DNA from: Fidelibacterota bacterium
GTDB lineage: Bacteria; Fidelibacterota; Marinisomatia; Marinisomatales; UBA1611
NCBI GenBank assembly: GCA_018658715.1
Contig: JABHUQ010000111.1
Span: forward strand, 6,280-70,279
Direction: 5' to 3'
Length of the DNA stretch: 64,000 bases
Below, in pieces: positions 29,131 to 38,652 of the stretch; the stretch's first letter is position 1; each line of letters starts with the position of its first letter. A program made the position numbers and the translations under genes. The notes under the pieces are model-generated. The model was not told the DNA's origin, ran no database searches, and worked only from the letters and a program-made list of their open reading frames with translations.

Positions 29131-29275
29131 TCCCTTAAAAAAATGAGTGCTTTAAGTCATTAACTCGTTATTTTTGTAGCGGGCGGGGGACTAGTGTATC
29201 TTTTTTATTATCCGAGTTAAAAATTGAACCTAATTATTAAACTAAATACTTGAAGAAAAAAGGAGAAAAATCATC

Positions 29276-29689
29276 ATGATTCAAACCAAAAAACGTGAAG
29301 CCGGCTTTACCATGATTGAAATTATGGTTGTGGTTGTTATTGTTGCTATTCTAGCTGCAATTGCTGTACCTATTTACGTAGAATATGTGAAGAGTGCTCG
29401 TGCGTCAGAAGCGCGATCAGTGATTGGAAGTATTTCCAATTCATCTGATATGTTTTACCAAACAAATGGTGAATGGCCATCTTCAACGGAAGATCTTGAA
29501 CGCCAAGGGCAATTGGACTTAAAACGTTCCACTAAAGCGAAATGGCAATTTGAACTTCAATTGAGTGATGAAGGCGGTCAAATAACAGCTACCAGCTCAG
29601 AAGAAATGGCAGGAGGCGGTGGGCACCAAGTTATTTTTAATAGAGAAACTGGGAAATTCACCGGCTACGGTTCTAAAGGCGAAGAGTAA
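29276..29689 (+). CDS. pilA: Type IV major pilin
   Basis: Class III signal KKREAG|FTMIEIMVVVVIVAILAAIAVPIY; strong AAGGAG RBS; first gene of the locus. Confidence 0.88.
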   Translation: MIQTKKREAGFTMIEIMVVVVIVAILAAIAVPIYVEYVKSARASEARSVIGSISNSSDMFYQTNGEWPSSTEDLERQGQLDLKRSTKAKWQFELQLSDEGGQITATSSEEMAGGGGHQVIFNRETGKFTGYGSKGEE

Positions 29690-29697
29690 TTTATTGT

Positions 29698-30750
29698 ATG
29701 GATATCAATAAATTACTCAACTATTCTCTCGAAAGTGGTGCATCTGATTTACATTTAAGTGTAGGGTCTGTACCTATGGTTCGCATCAATGGAGGGATGA
29801 AACCATTGAACATGGATAAATTATCTCAAAATGATATGGAATCCATTTTACCGCAAGTGATGAATGAAGATCAAATAGCTTTATTTAAAGAAAATAAGGA
29901 AATGGATTTATCAGCTAAGCTTGAAGGGAAAGGGCGTTTTCGCGTCAACTTCTTTAACCAAATTAATGGTTTAGCAGGCGTATTTCGTACAATTCCTGAA
30001 GTGGTGAAAGATTTTGATGATTTGGGGATTCCACCCATTCTCAGAAATTTAGCCAACATTAATCGTGGATTGGTTTTGTTAACAGGACCAACAGGTTCTG
30101 GGAAAAGTACAACATTAGCCGCAATGATTGACCATGTGAATACAACGAGGGCTTGCCATATTATAACCATTGAAGATCCCGTAGAATATTATCATCGATC
30201 GAAGGAAAGCCTTATTAATCAACGTGAATTGGGTGCGAATACAAAAAGTTTTTCCAATGCACTGAGAGCAGCGCTTCGGGAAGACCCAGATGTCATCTTA
30301 GTTGGAGAAATGCGTGATTTGGAAACTATTTCACTTGCATTAACAGCAGCTGAAACAGGGCATTTAGTATTATCGACACTTCATACATCGAGTGCGGTTA
30401 AAGCAATTGACCGTATTATTGATATTTTTCCTCCAGGGCAAAAGGATCAAATACGTTCGATGCTATCGGAAAGTTTAGAAGCTGTTATTGCTCAAAAACT
30501 ACTCCCATCCAAAGATGGTAAAGGTAGAATTCCTGCGTGTGAAGTTATGATTGCTTCGACGGCAATTCGCAATTTAATTCGTGAAGATCGTATTTATCAA
30601 ATACCTTCAGTCATTCAGTCTGGTGGCGTGGACGGAATGCAGGGCTTAGATCAAGACTTGCAACGTCTGGTGTCACAAGGAAAAATTGAACGAAAATCTG
30701 CAGCTGCTATTGCAGAAAATCCAAAATTATTTCAATCTAGCGTGTTGTAG
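29698..30750 (+). CDS. pilT: Type IV pilus retraction ATPase PilT
   Basis: ASDLHL, GPTGSGKSTT, TIEDPVE, LREDPDVILVGEMRD, TGHLVLSTLHT, AIRNLIRE. Confidence 0.96.
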   Translation: MDINKLLNYSLESGASDLHLSVGSVPMVRINGGMKPLNMDKLSQNDMESILPQVMNEDQIALFKENKEMDLSAKLEGKGRFRVNFFNQINGLAGVFRTIPEVVKDFDDLGIPPILRNLANINRGLVLLTGPTGSGKSTTLAAMIDHVNTTRACHIITIEDPVEYYHRSKESLINQRELGANTKSFSNALRAALREDPDVILVGEMRDLETISLALTAAETGHLVLSTLHTSSAVKAIDRIIDIFPPGQKDQIRSMLSESLEAVIAQKLLPSKDGKGRIPACEVMIASTAIRNLIREDRIYQIPSVIQSGGVDGMQGLDQDLQRLVSQGKIERKSAAAIAENPKLFQSSVL

Positions 30751-30768
30751 AGAATCCAATATTTCATA

Positions 30769-31239
30769 ATGAAATCATTCATACAAAATAATAGTGGTTT
30801 TACTTTCATCGAAGTTATGACAGCTTTTATGATTATTTCTATTGCTGCTGTTGGAATGATGATGGGTGCATCTCATGCACAAGGTGAATTAAGGTCTTTA
30901 GGGCTAAAAGAACGTGCCACAGAAGAACTTCTAAACTATACTGAATATTGGCGTGGAAGGATTGCTGATGGTCGATTGTCTCAATCTGAAGTTGTAGGAA
31001 ATCTTGAAGGTGAGCAAGTTTATTTACGTGGAAGTGCTACATCACAGGATAAGGTTGTTGCTAAAGTTTATTATGATATTACTCAACTTGATGATGATAC
31101 CGAGTTTGGGAAAACAAGTTTTTCGAGATTGAAACTTGAGACATGGATTAAATGGTCAGATTTTTTACCAAAGGGAAATGTCCAATCTAGACCTCAGAGA
31201 AAACGAAGATTAGAAACCGTTATGGCGGTATTTAATTGA
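30769..31239 (+). CDS. Minor pilin (PilV-like)
   Basis: NNSG|FTFIEVMTAFMIISIAAVG. Confidence 0.8.
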   Translation: MKSFIQNNSGFTFIEVMTAFMIISIAAVGMMMGASHAQGELRSLGLKERATEELLNYTEYWRGRIADGRLSQSEVVGNLEGEQVYLRGSATSQDKVVAKVYYDITQLDDDTEFGKTSFSRLKLETWIKWSDFLPKGNVQSRPQRKRRLETVMAVFN

Positions 31240-31832
31240 AACAATTCTTAAAAAAATCATCTGCTGGACTCACATTAATGGAATTAACGGCTGTAATGAC
31301 AGTAGTAGGTGTCATTGCTCTAGGAATGGGAATTGGATTTAAAAATATTTTATACCATTATCAGCATGATGCAGTTCGGCAAGATATTCGCCATTACGGG
31401 AATACAGTACTACGAGAAATTAATCGTGAAATGGGGCTTGCTGAAAAAATAGAAGATGATCATTTTAATGGATATTCACGACTGAAAATCTATTATGCAG
31501 AAGAAAGTCTCGTCCCGGACGTTGTTATAACAGCTTCAATAGATGATGGCGTGTATTTCAATGGTGAAAGACCACTCGCTGGTAGTTTAAAATTACCAAC
31601 AGATGGCAGATATAGAGGTGAGAATAAGAGATATGTTCTAATGGGTGATTTTGATGTAGAACGTCATGTAGATGTCAGGACAAATTTGAAAAAATTTTCA
31701 GATGCTTTCTTTCATGTTAATCTCAAATTGGAGTTGAAATCACACGTATATACTGATGGGAGAAGTGTCAAAGAAGAATTTCCATTTTTTAGAACCAGTT
31801 TTATGTCAAGGTCTTATCTTGCAAGTCTTTAG
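31236..31832 (+). CDS. Minor pilin (PilW/PulJ-like)
   Basis: KSSAG|LTLMELTAVMTVVGVIALG; TTG start overlapping the upstream stop. Confidence 0.8.
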   Translation: MKQFLKKSSAGLTLMELTAVMTVVGVIALGMGIGFKNILYHYQHDAVRQDIRHYGNTVLREINREMGLAEKIEDDHFNGYSRLKIYYAEESLVPDVVITASIDDGVYFNGERPLAGSLKLPTDGRYRGENKRYVLMGDFDVERHVDVRTNLKKFSDAFFHVNLKLELKSHVYTDGRSVKEEFPFFRTSFMSRSYLASL

Positions 31833-34050
31833 AAAACGCGAAGCAGGTTCAGTCGCACCTTTAGCTGTTTTATTCACCATGCTGAGTATGGGATTTACGA
31901 TTGCATATTTAAGAAACAGCTCAACCGTAGCATCTATGGAACGATATCGATATGCGGAAGCCAAAGCACAATACCTTGCAGAAGCAGGGCTAAATGAAGT
32001 TGGTATTGTCATGTTACCAGGCATTACATCTGCTGACACAACTATGTTTGAAGACGGACGCGATTTCGGAATCGATGAGCGGGGGGACGTCTTAGGACAA
32101 TATCGAAATATTCATATGTGGACTGATTTGATTGAAAATTCTACACGGAAATACTATTCTGCCACATCAGAAGGAGTTGTTAAATATACAACCCCTAGCG
32201 GAAATGAAGTGGATGTAGTGCAACGCGTTTCAACCATAATGAAGCCAGAAGGCTTTGAAGAATTTATGTATTTTACGAATGAAGAATTGCCCACAGGGCC
32301 TCCGAATGAAGAAATGAATGGTGGTGTTATTAATTTTGGCGGAGATGATAAACTGGAAGGGCGCGTTCATACAAATGGGACTATAAATTTTAGCAACTTT
32401 GGATGTCCTGAAATTGACCCAAATGCTGAAGTAACTATTACATATGAAGCTGTAGACGGTGGAGGTGGTATAGGCTCCATGGGTGCTTGTAGTGATGATG
32501 TATTTGAATTTGAAGATGCTAGTGGTGAATCGTACACCATTTTAGATACGGTATCTCAAATAATTTGGCCACCATCTACATCAGCAGAAAATGCAAAATC
32601 AAACGCAAATAATACAATTATCGCTGACAGTAAAATTACTTTTTCTCCTTCTAAACAAGATACAATGATTATGTCGGAAATACATTTTGCCGATGAAGGA
32701 TATTATTTAACACAATGGTGGTATTTAATCCCACCAATTGGAGGCCCCCCCAACGAATTCTCTTATTTATGGGATGAAACGAGCGCAACAAATTTCAATA
32801 TTGATGCTGGGCATTTACGTATTGGATTTGATAATACATACACTCCGGGAGTTGGATACACCTTCCCAGCTTGGTTAATTATAAATCCACAAACGTCTGA
32901 AGGTGAAAATGTATATTCAATATTGAATGGCATTGAATCTGGAAGCCAAATACAAATTCAAAATATTTCTGGATCTAAAACTATGATTATTGAAGTTGGT
33001 AATCATTTAAATCCATCTGGAAATGTGGCTTATAATGTGGCCAACTTTTCATATACTTCTATCGATGATATAGGGTTTTTGCAGAATGAGGCCGTAACAT
33101 TTATTAATTTAAGTGCGGACACTGATTTAGACCCAACAATTGAATTTAATGCTTATGCAAATTTTCACAGCCACACTTCTACAGATTATTGTCGTGTTGA
33201 TGGATTGCAACATTTTGATTTAGAATATTGGCGGGTTTCTGATATTTTCTCTAATCCAGATGCAGTTTACAATAGTGATTATGTTGTATTCCCAAAAACA
33301 TTTTTTCCATACCCAAATAAACCGCAAGTTTTATATGTAAGAGGAGGACAGGTTCTTATAAGGGGAACAATCAAGGGAAAGTATACAATTGTAACAGATG
33401 ATTATATCGAATATAGAAGGCATGATAATCAAAGTATAGTGGATCGTGTTTGGGGAAATATTTGGCTTATAGATGATATTGTATATGAAGATTCAAACCC
33501 ATTAACTGGAGAAGTGATTCATCCTGAAGCGGGCGGAACAGAAAATATTTTGGGGCTAATTGCAGGTGGAAACGTAATTATAGCGAATACAAGACCGAAT
33601 GGTGCCCGCGCACAGCAATATGGGCAAGATATAAAAATTAATGCTGCAATGATGGCTATGCATGGTGGTTTTTTATCACACTATTGGCAGAATACATTAT
33701 CTAATTATGGAAATCCTAATACATCAAATCCATATAACTCTTTGGCTGATGGCCAGGGACGTTATCGTAACCCTTATTATGTGGAAGCATCAAGCCCGGG
33801 AAATACAGGACAAAATGATATTAGGGGAACTGTATATGTTTGGGGGGCTATTGTACAATCAAAACGTGGGTATATGAAACGAAATACAGTTGGCCCTTAT
33901 AATGCATCTCCCGGTGTGGGATACGATAAAGATTACCATTACGATTATAATTTAAAGGATAACCCACCACCGCATTATCCAAATCCGGAAGATGTGGATG
34001 GGAATGTCATTTTACATATGTCATCTTATGGCATAGCACAGAAAGAATAA
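31819..34050 (+). CDS. Giant PilX/ComZ-like minor pilin
   Basis: RKREAG|SVAPL (no Glu5), KAQYLAEAGL, MYFTNEE, GRVHTNG, LGLIA, GYDKDYHYD...PPPHYP. Probable TTG start 31819; the track starts at 31756. Confidence 0.75.
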   Translation: MQVFRKREAGSVAPLAVLFTMLSMGFTIAYLRNSSTVASMERYRYAEAKAQYLAEAGLNEVGIVMLPGITSADTTMFEDGRDFGIDERGDVLGQYRNIHMWTDLIENSTRKYYSATSEGVVKYTTPSGNEVDVVQRVSTIMKPEGFEEFMYFTNEELPTGPPNEEMNGGVINFGGDDKLEGRVHTNGTINFSNFGCPEIDPNAEVTITYEAVDGGGGIGSMGACSDDVFEFEDASGESYTILDTVSQIIWPPSTSAENAKSNANNTIIADSKITFSPSKQDTMIMSEIHFADEGYYLTQWWYLIPPIGGPPNEFSYLWDETSATNFNIDAGHLRIGFDNTYTPGVGYTFPAWLIINPQTSEGENVYSILNGIESGSQIQIQNISGSKTMIIEVGNHLNPSGNVAYNVANFSYTSIDDIGFLQNEAVTFINLSADTDLDPTIEFNAYANFHSHTSTDYCRVDGLQHFDLEYWRVSDIFSNPDAVYNSDYVVFPKTFFPYPNKPQVLYVRGGQVLIRGTIKGKYTIVTDDYIEYRRHDNQSIVDRVWGNIWLIDDIVYEDSNPLTGEVIHPEAGGTENILGLIAGGNVIIANTRPNGARAQQYGQDIKINAAMMAMHGGFLSHYWQNTLSNYGNPNTSNPYNSLADGQGRYRNPYYVEASSPGNTGQNDIRGTVYVWGAIVQSKRGYMKRNTVGPYNASPGVGYDKDYHYDYNLKDNPPPHYPNPEDVDGNVILHMSSYGIAQKE

Positions 34051-34053
34051 AAT

Positions 34054-35112
34054 ATGATACTTGGACTCGATATTGGGAGACATACTATAAAAATAGTCTC
34101 CATCGAAAAAACAAAAGAAGGCTTCAAAATTTTGGATGCTGCAAGCAGAATAGTTCCTGATGTAAACAGTGCTTTTGATCCTGAAAAAATTGACCAACCC
34201 ATGTGGATTATGGCCATTAAGGAATTAATGCGATTGCAAGGAATTAATCCCAAGCGTGTGAAAAATATTGTAACAGGAATCGGTGGAGTGCATGCTAGTG
34301 TAAAACAAATCACTACATTAGATATGCCAACTGAAGAATTGCATTCATCAATGACGCTGGAAGCAAGAAAGCATATTCCTATGGATGGTACAGATGCTGT
34401 GATTGATTTTGAAATATTTGGTCCGAATGCACGGGAAGTTGATAAAATTGATGTTGGGTTAGTTGCATGCACAAAAGGAATTTTATCTAAGCATTTAGAT
34501 TTATTGAAGGAATGTGGATTTAAACCAGGAATCGTAGATGTTGAACCTATTGCATTGACCAATTCTTTTTCTCATGCGAAAGATATGCCTGATGATGGAT
34601 TAGTTGTCATGTTAGATATAGGGGCTGTATCATCTGGACTTGTGGTATGGGGACATCAACAACAATATTTTACTAGGGATATTCAAATAGGCGGACATGA
34701 ATTTGTGAAGGCAATAATGGAGAAAAAAGATTTATCCTATATAGATGCCCAGGATCTTCTTCAAAAAGATGGGTTATCTGCACTATTAAAACAAGCATCT
34801 GATGATAATGGTAATGATAATGCTATTGGATTAGCTGAAAGAACAGTTTTTGATAACTTAGTAGAAGATATTAGACGATCACTCCGTTTTTACGCCAAAA
34901 CAACAGGACAAAGTTTTTTCCTTAAAATTCTACTGAGTGGTGGAGTTGCCGAAACACCAGGTTTGGTCGATTTTATCCAATCTAAGTTAAATGTTGATAC
35001 AGCCGTTTTTAATCCTCTTGAATCCCTTTCAGGTATAGACGAATTAGAGACTGCTAATCCTTCTCAATATTCGATTGCTATGGGGCTAGCAATTCGTGGA
35101 GGTTTATCATGA
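34054..35112 (+). CDS. pilM: Type IV pilus assembly protein PilM
   Basis: LGLDIG, EARKHIP, VIDF, VDVEPIAL, LDIGA, DIRRSLRFY, LSGG, AMGLAIRG. Confidence 0.93.
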   Translation: MILGLDIGRHTIKIVSIEKTKEGFKILDAASRIVPDVNSAFDPEKIDQPMWIMAIKELMRLQGINPKRVKNIVTGIGGVHASVKQITTLDMPTEELHSSMTLEARKHIPMDGTDAVIDFEIFGPNAREVDKIDVGLVACTKGILSKHLDLLKECGFKPGIVDVEPIALTNSFSHAKDMPDDGLVVMLDIGAVSSGLVVWGHQQQYFTRDIQIGGHEFVKAIMEKKDLSYIDAQDLLQKDGLSALLKQASDDNGNDNAIGLAERTVFDNLVEDIRRSLRFYAKTTGQSFFLKILLSGGVAETPGLVDFIQSKLNVDTAVFNPLESLSGIDELETANPSQYSIAMGLAIRGGLS

Positions 35113-35714
35113 AAAAATATATAATCATAAACCTTAATCAATCTGAAAGTAAAGAGACGCAACAGGAAAGAGTTAATGAACAAATTAGATGGGCTCTATT
35201 TTCAGTATTTCTAATTTTATTTCTTGGAGCCAATATTCGTATTTGGATGATATCAAGTGGATATGATCGAATTATTGTTCAAAAAGAACAAGAGATAGAA
35301 GAAGTAAAGAAAGAAATCAAAGCATTAGAAGCAAAAGGTAAAAATTTATCTAAAGAAGATATTTTGTCATTTGCTGAATTGGAGCAGACACGCTATTTGT
35401 GGGCTAGAAATATGGAAATGCTTGGTGAAATGACACCAAATGATATGGCAATAACTGGATTAAAATTTAAACATGATAAATTAACCATTAATGGAATAGC
35501 TCCAGTCTATGATGATAGAAAAGATTTTGAGATTATAAATAGTTATGTCCACAAATTGAATAATCATTCGGAATTTGCTTCTCATTTCCAACGGATTAAA
35601 TACGTGGGGCATAATCGATTAAATTTTAGAGGACAGGATATTGTGAAATTTGAAGTACTAGCGCCAGCAAAATACTCTTCTGGTAAGAAAAAAGTGAAAC
35701 GGAAGGGACGATAA
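35109..35714 (+). CDS. pilN: PilN-like protein
   Basis: INL N-terminal motif, TM, coiled coil, W...L...TPNDMAITGL...INGIA; position after pilM. Confidence 0.8.
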   Translation: MKKYIIINLNQSESKETQQERVNEQIRWALFSVFLILFLGANIRIWMISSGYDRIIVQKEQEIEEVKKEIKALEAKGKNLSKEDILSFAELEQTRYLWARNMEMLGEMTPNDMAITGLKFKHDKLTINGIAPVYDDRKDFEIINSYVHKLNNHSEFASHFQRIKYVGHNRLNFRGQDIVKFEVLAPAKYSSGKKKVKRKGR

Positions 35715-36289
35715 TGGCTGAAAAACGAAACTTAATTCTGTTGGGTGTTGTGGTTCTATTGTCCATTTCTTTTTTTATGGGTTCATCAATGCTTATTGGT
35801 GAAAAACCATTAACAATTAAAATGTTGGAACAGGAACAAGAAGAATTAAATGAAAATTTAATTAGTGCGCAAATTTTAGCAAGTAAGCTGGATCGCGTTT
35901 ATACATTATTCCAAGAAAATTTAGCATTATCATTAAAAGATTCATTGGCAGAAGATGCATCCATGCCATTCCTTCGTGATTTGACAGATAAATTGGAAGG
36001 TCTAAATATTGAAGTTATGAGTATTAAACCCAGAAAACGGATTAAAGAAAAAGGATATTACAGATCCCCTTATGAGTTAACTGTTAAATGTAGCTTTGAT
36101 CAATTTGGTGAATTTTTAACAGAATTAGAGCGGTCACCAAGATTAGTAAATATTGATGATTTTATTGTTAAAAATGGAATCGAGAGAGTGAAGTCAAAAA
36201 TGAAAGAAGAAGATTTAGTCGATCAAGTATTTGAACTGGGCCTTTCAACGATTACGTTGGTAAAAGGGAAAGGAAAAATTAAATCATGA
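35714..36289 (+). CDS. pilO: PilO-like protein
   Basis: TM, coiled coil, PYELTVKCSFDQFGEFLTELERSPRLVNI. Confidence 0.85.
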   Translation: MAEKRNLILLGVVVLLSISFFMGSSMLIGEKPLTIKMLEQEQEELNENLISAQILASKLDRVYTLFQENLALSLKDSLAEDASMPFLRDLTDKLEGLNIEVMSIKPRKRIKEKGYYRSPYELTVKCSFDQFGEFLTELERSPRLVNIDDFIVKNGIERVKSKMKEEDLVDQVFELGLSTITLVKGKGKIKS

Positions 36290-37248
36290 CAAATGAAGGA
36301 CGTGCACGTACCGTTTGGATGCTCATCTCTTGGTTGAGTCTCATTCTTTTAGTCATAATTGGTTTTAAGCTTTATCCCTTGAATAAAAAGTGGGCCAAAA
36401 TTCAAGATAGATCATCACAAGTTGAGTTTGGTACCGATGAAGATTTAGAAGATGTTATAACCTTTTTAGAAACACGATTAAAAGATCGTGGCAAATTTCA
36501 ATTCCAATTAGACAATACACCATTGCGTATTACTAACGTTTTATTTTTAACGGATGGATCTGGACGCCGGCTAAGACGAGATCGTTCTGCTGTGCGCGTA
36601 TCCATGATTTATCAGCGAGAGAATTATTTTCAAGCTCAGTTATCTTATCGAGGAAAAACAGTCACAGCAAAATCAGGAGACTTTTTAGTCGAATTGGGTA
36701 AAGTATTGATGATAGATCAATCAAGGGTCATTATTGAGAATGAAGGTAAAATAATGGCATATCCTGCACCTGGTTCTGATTTAGAAAAGCCAACAGAATT
36801 AATTGACTTTGTTCTACCTGAATCATCTAAGAAAAAAATAGAGTTACCCAAGAAGCCAATTACTGCACTTGTACAGCCAGCTAAAGAAGAAAAAGTTGTA
36901 CCTAAATCAAGTGCTATTAAAGAGAATGAACCTATTATTGTCACAGAAACTGTTAATCAACCTGAAAATAATTCAATTGAATCATCTACGTGGGTAAATG
37001 ACCCAGAGTGGAAAAAAACAATTCAATTATCTCTTGGCACTATTCAATCTGAATTAAGTGGTAAACCCGCTGAAAAAACATTTGAAGCATTAAAAATAAA
37101 AGCTCAAGAAAAGGGTATTTCCGACGAAATATTTAATAAGCAATTTGATGAAATTGGCTTTTACCAGTTTCAAGCTTATTTGGAAAAAAATCAAGAAACA
37201 GTTTTATCACTTATCGAAAAAAATATTAAAAGAGATTATAAGGAATAA
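36286..37248 (+). CDS. Hypothetical protein at the PilP position (PilP/GspC-like, TM-anchored)
   Basis: Between pilO and pilQ; N-terminal TM; TVTAKSGDFL...GKVLMIDQSRVII resembles the PilP/GspC HR domain; Pro/Lys/Glu linker and helical tail. Confidence 0.55.
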   Translation: MTNEGRARTVWMLISWLSLILLVIIGFKLYPLNKKWAKIQDRSSQVEFGTDEDLEDVITFLETRLKDRGKFQFQLDNTPLRITNVLFLTDGSGRRLRRDRSAVRVSMIYQRENYFQAQLSYRGKTVTAKSGDFLVELGKVLMIDQSRVIIENEGKIMAYPAPGSDLEKPTELIDFVLPESSKKKIELPKKPITALVQPAKEEKVVPKSSAIKENEPIIVTETVNQPENNSIESSTWVNDPEWKKTIQLSLGTIQSELSGKPAEKTFEALKIKAQEKGISDEIFNKQFDEIGFYQFQAYLEKNQETVLSLIEKNIKRDYKE

Positions 37249-37250
37249 TA

Positions 37251-38651
37251 ATGAAAAATAAATTTATTAAATGTCTAATAGTTCCCATTTTTTGTATTGG
37301 TCTAGCATTTGGGCAATCAGCAACAGGGACTGTTGCTTCCAGCGAAGCTGAAGACCCCACCTTAGTGACAATTCATGCAGAAGATGCACATCTTCCAGGG
37401 ATTTTATCTGTTCTAGCTAAAGAAAGTGGATACAATATTGTCACAGATCCAAATGTGAATCATCAAGATAAAATTACGATTCATTTGGATAATGTCCCGA
37501 TTGAGCAAGCGATTAATTTAGTTGTACGTGCAGTAGGACTTAGTTATGAAGTTGTAGGGAACTCATTCCTTGTTGCAGAACCGAGTAAGCTCAAGGAAGA
37601 AGTGGGTGTTTCTTCTTATGTCCTCAATTTGAAATATGCGAATGCATTAGAAGTTCAATCCATGTTAAAAGATATTACAAAACAGGTTCAGGTAGATACT
37701 TCTGGCAATAAACTCCTCATAAATGCTTCACCAAAAAGAATTGCTGAAATTGAGGATATGGTTTTTCAAATTGATGTGCCAGCGACTCAAATTATGTTGG
37801 AAACTCGACTCATCGAAGTATCTGTTGATGCGGAAGAGCAATTAGGAATTGATTGGTCAAAACTTGCTTCATTTACAAATATACTGGGAGAGAATGCAAC
37901 ACCTACTACATCAAATAGTGGTGGCATACCTGCTTCGACTACAATGGGGCAAATGCCGAGCAATGGACCTTTTGAAAAATTAAGGTGGGGATCATGGTCA
38001 GACCAAACTTTAATTCCTCGCTATTTTAGTCGACAATTGACTGCATTTAATATTACATTAGATTTATTATTGAAAAATAATAAAGCTGAAATTTTAGCGA
38101 ACTCTCGTCTGACGACATTAAATGGTCGGCAGGCATCCATCGATTTGCTTGATATTGTCCCTTATATTCTAAGTTCTGGTGGTGTGGGTGGTCAGGTCCA
38201 GGTTCAAAGAGAAGAAGTGGGTATTAAACTGAAAATCCTACCAGCAGTGAATATGGATGGGTATATCACAGTGAAGGTTGAGCCCGAAGTATCATCCATC
38301 TTTGAATTCATTGGTCCAGATAAAAATATTCCACGTGTAAAAAGTAGAAAATCATCTACGACTATCCGAGTTAGAAACGGAGAATCTATCATAATTGGTG
38401 GTCTATTAAGTCGCGACAAAAAAAATACAACTTATCGATTTCCTATATTACACAAAATACCTTGGTTAGGTAAAAAAGTGTTTACAAGTAATAATGTTGT
38501 AGAGAGAAAAACAGATTTAATTATCCAAATTACTCCGCACATTGTTGAGGATAATTATACAGGCATAACTAAATCAGAAGATATGAAATCATTCGAAGGT
38601 GAAACAGTCCAAAAATCTGAAGAAACATTAAATAGTGAAACAGGGGAATAA
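37251..38651 (+). CDS. pilQ: Secretin (PilQ-like, short form without AMIN domains)
   Basis: N0 and N3 domains, QIMLETRLIEV, LGIDW, VGIKLKILP, IIIGGL, P.LHKIPWLG, LIIQITPHIV. Confidence 0.88.
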   Translation: MKNKFIKCLIVPIFCIGLAFGQSATGTVASSEAEDPTLVTIHAEDAHLPGILSVLAKESGYNIVTDPNVNHQDKITIHLDNVPIEQAINLVVRAVGLSYEVVGNSFLVAEPSKLKEEVGVSSYVLNLKYANALEVQSMLKDITKQVQVDTSGNKLLINASPKRIAEIEDMVFQIDVPATQIMLETRLIEVSVDAEEQLGIDWSKLASFTNILGENATPTTSNSGGIPASTTMGQMPSNGPFEKLRWGSWSDQTLIPRYFSRQLTAFNITLDLLLKNNKAEILANSRLTTLNGRQASIDLLDIVPYILSSGGVGGQVQVQREEVGIKLKILPAVNMDGYITVKVEPEVSSIFEFIGPDKNIPRVKSRKSSTTIRVRNGESIIIGGLLSRDKKNTTYRFPILHKIPWLGKKVFTSNNVVERKTDLIIQITPHIVEDNYTGITKSEDMKSFEGETVQKSEETLNSETGE

Positions 38652-38652
38652 C

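Noticed and set aside
29160-29220. TTAACTCG...CGAGTTAA inverted repeat and a TAnnTTTG motif upstream of pilA, read as a riboswitch or Bacteroidota-type promoter
   Set aside because: Only an 8-bp stem around an unstructured interior; no c-di-GMP riboswitch or sigma54 consensus; the single motif is weak evidence.
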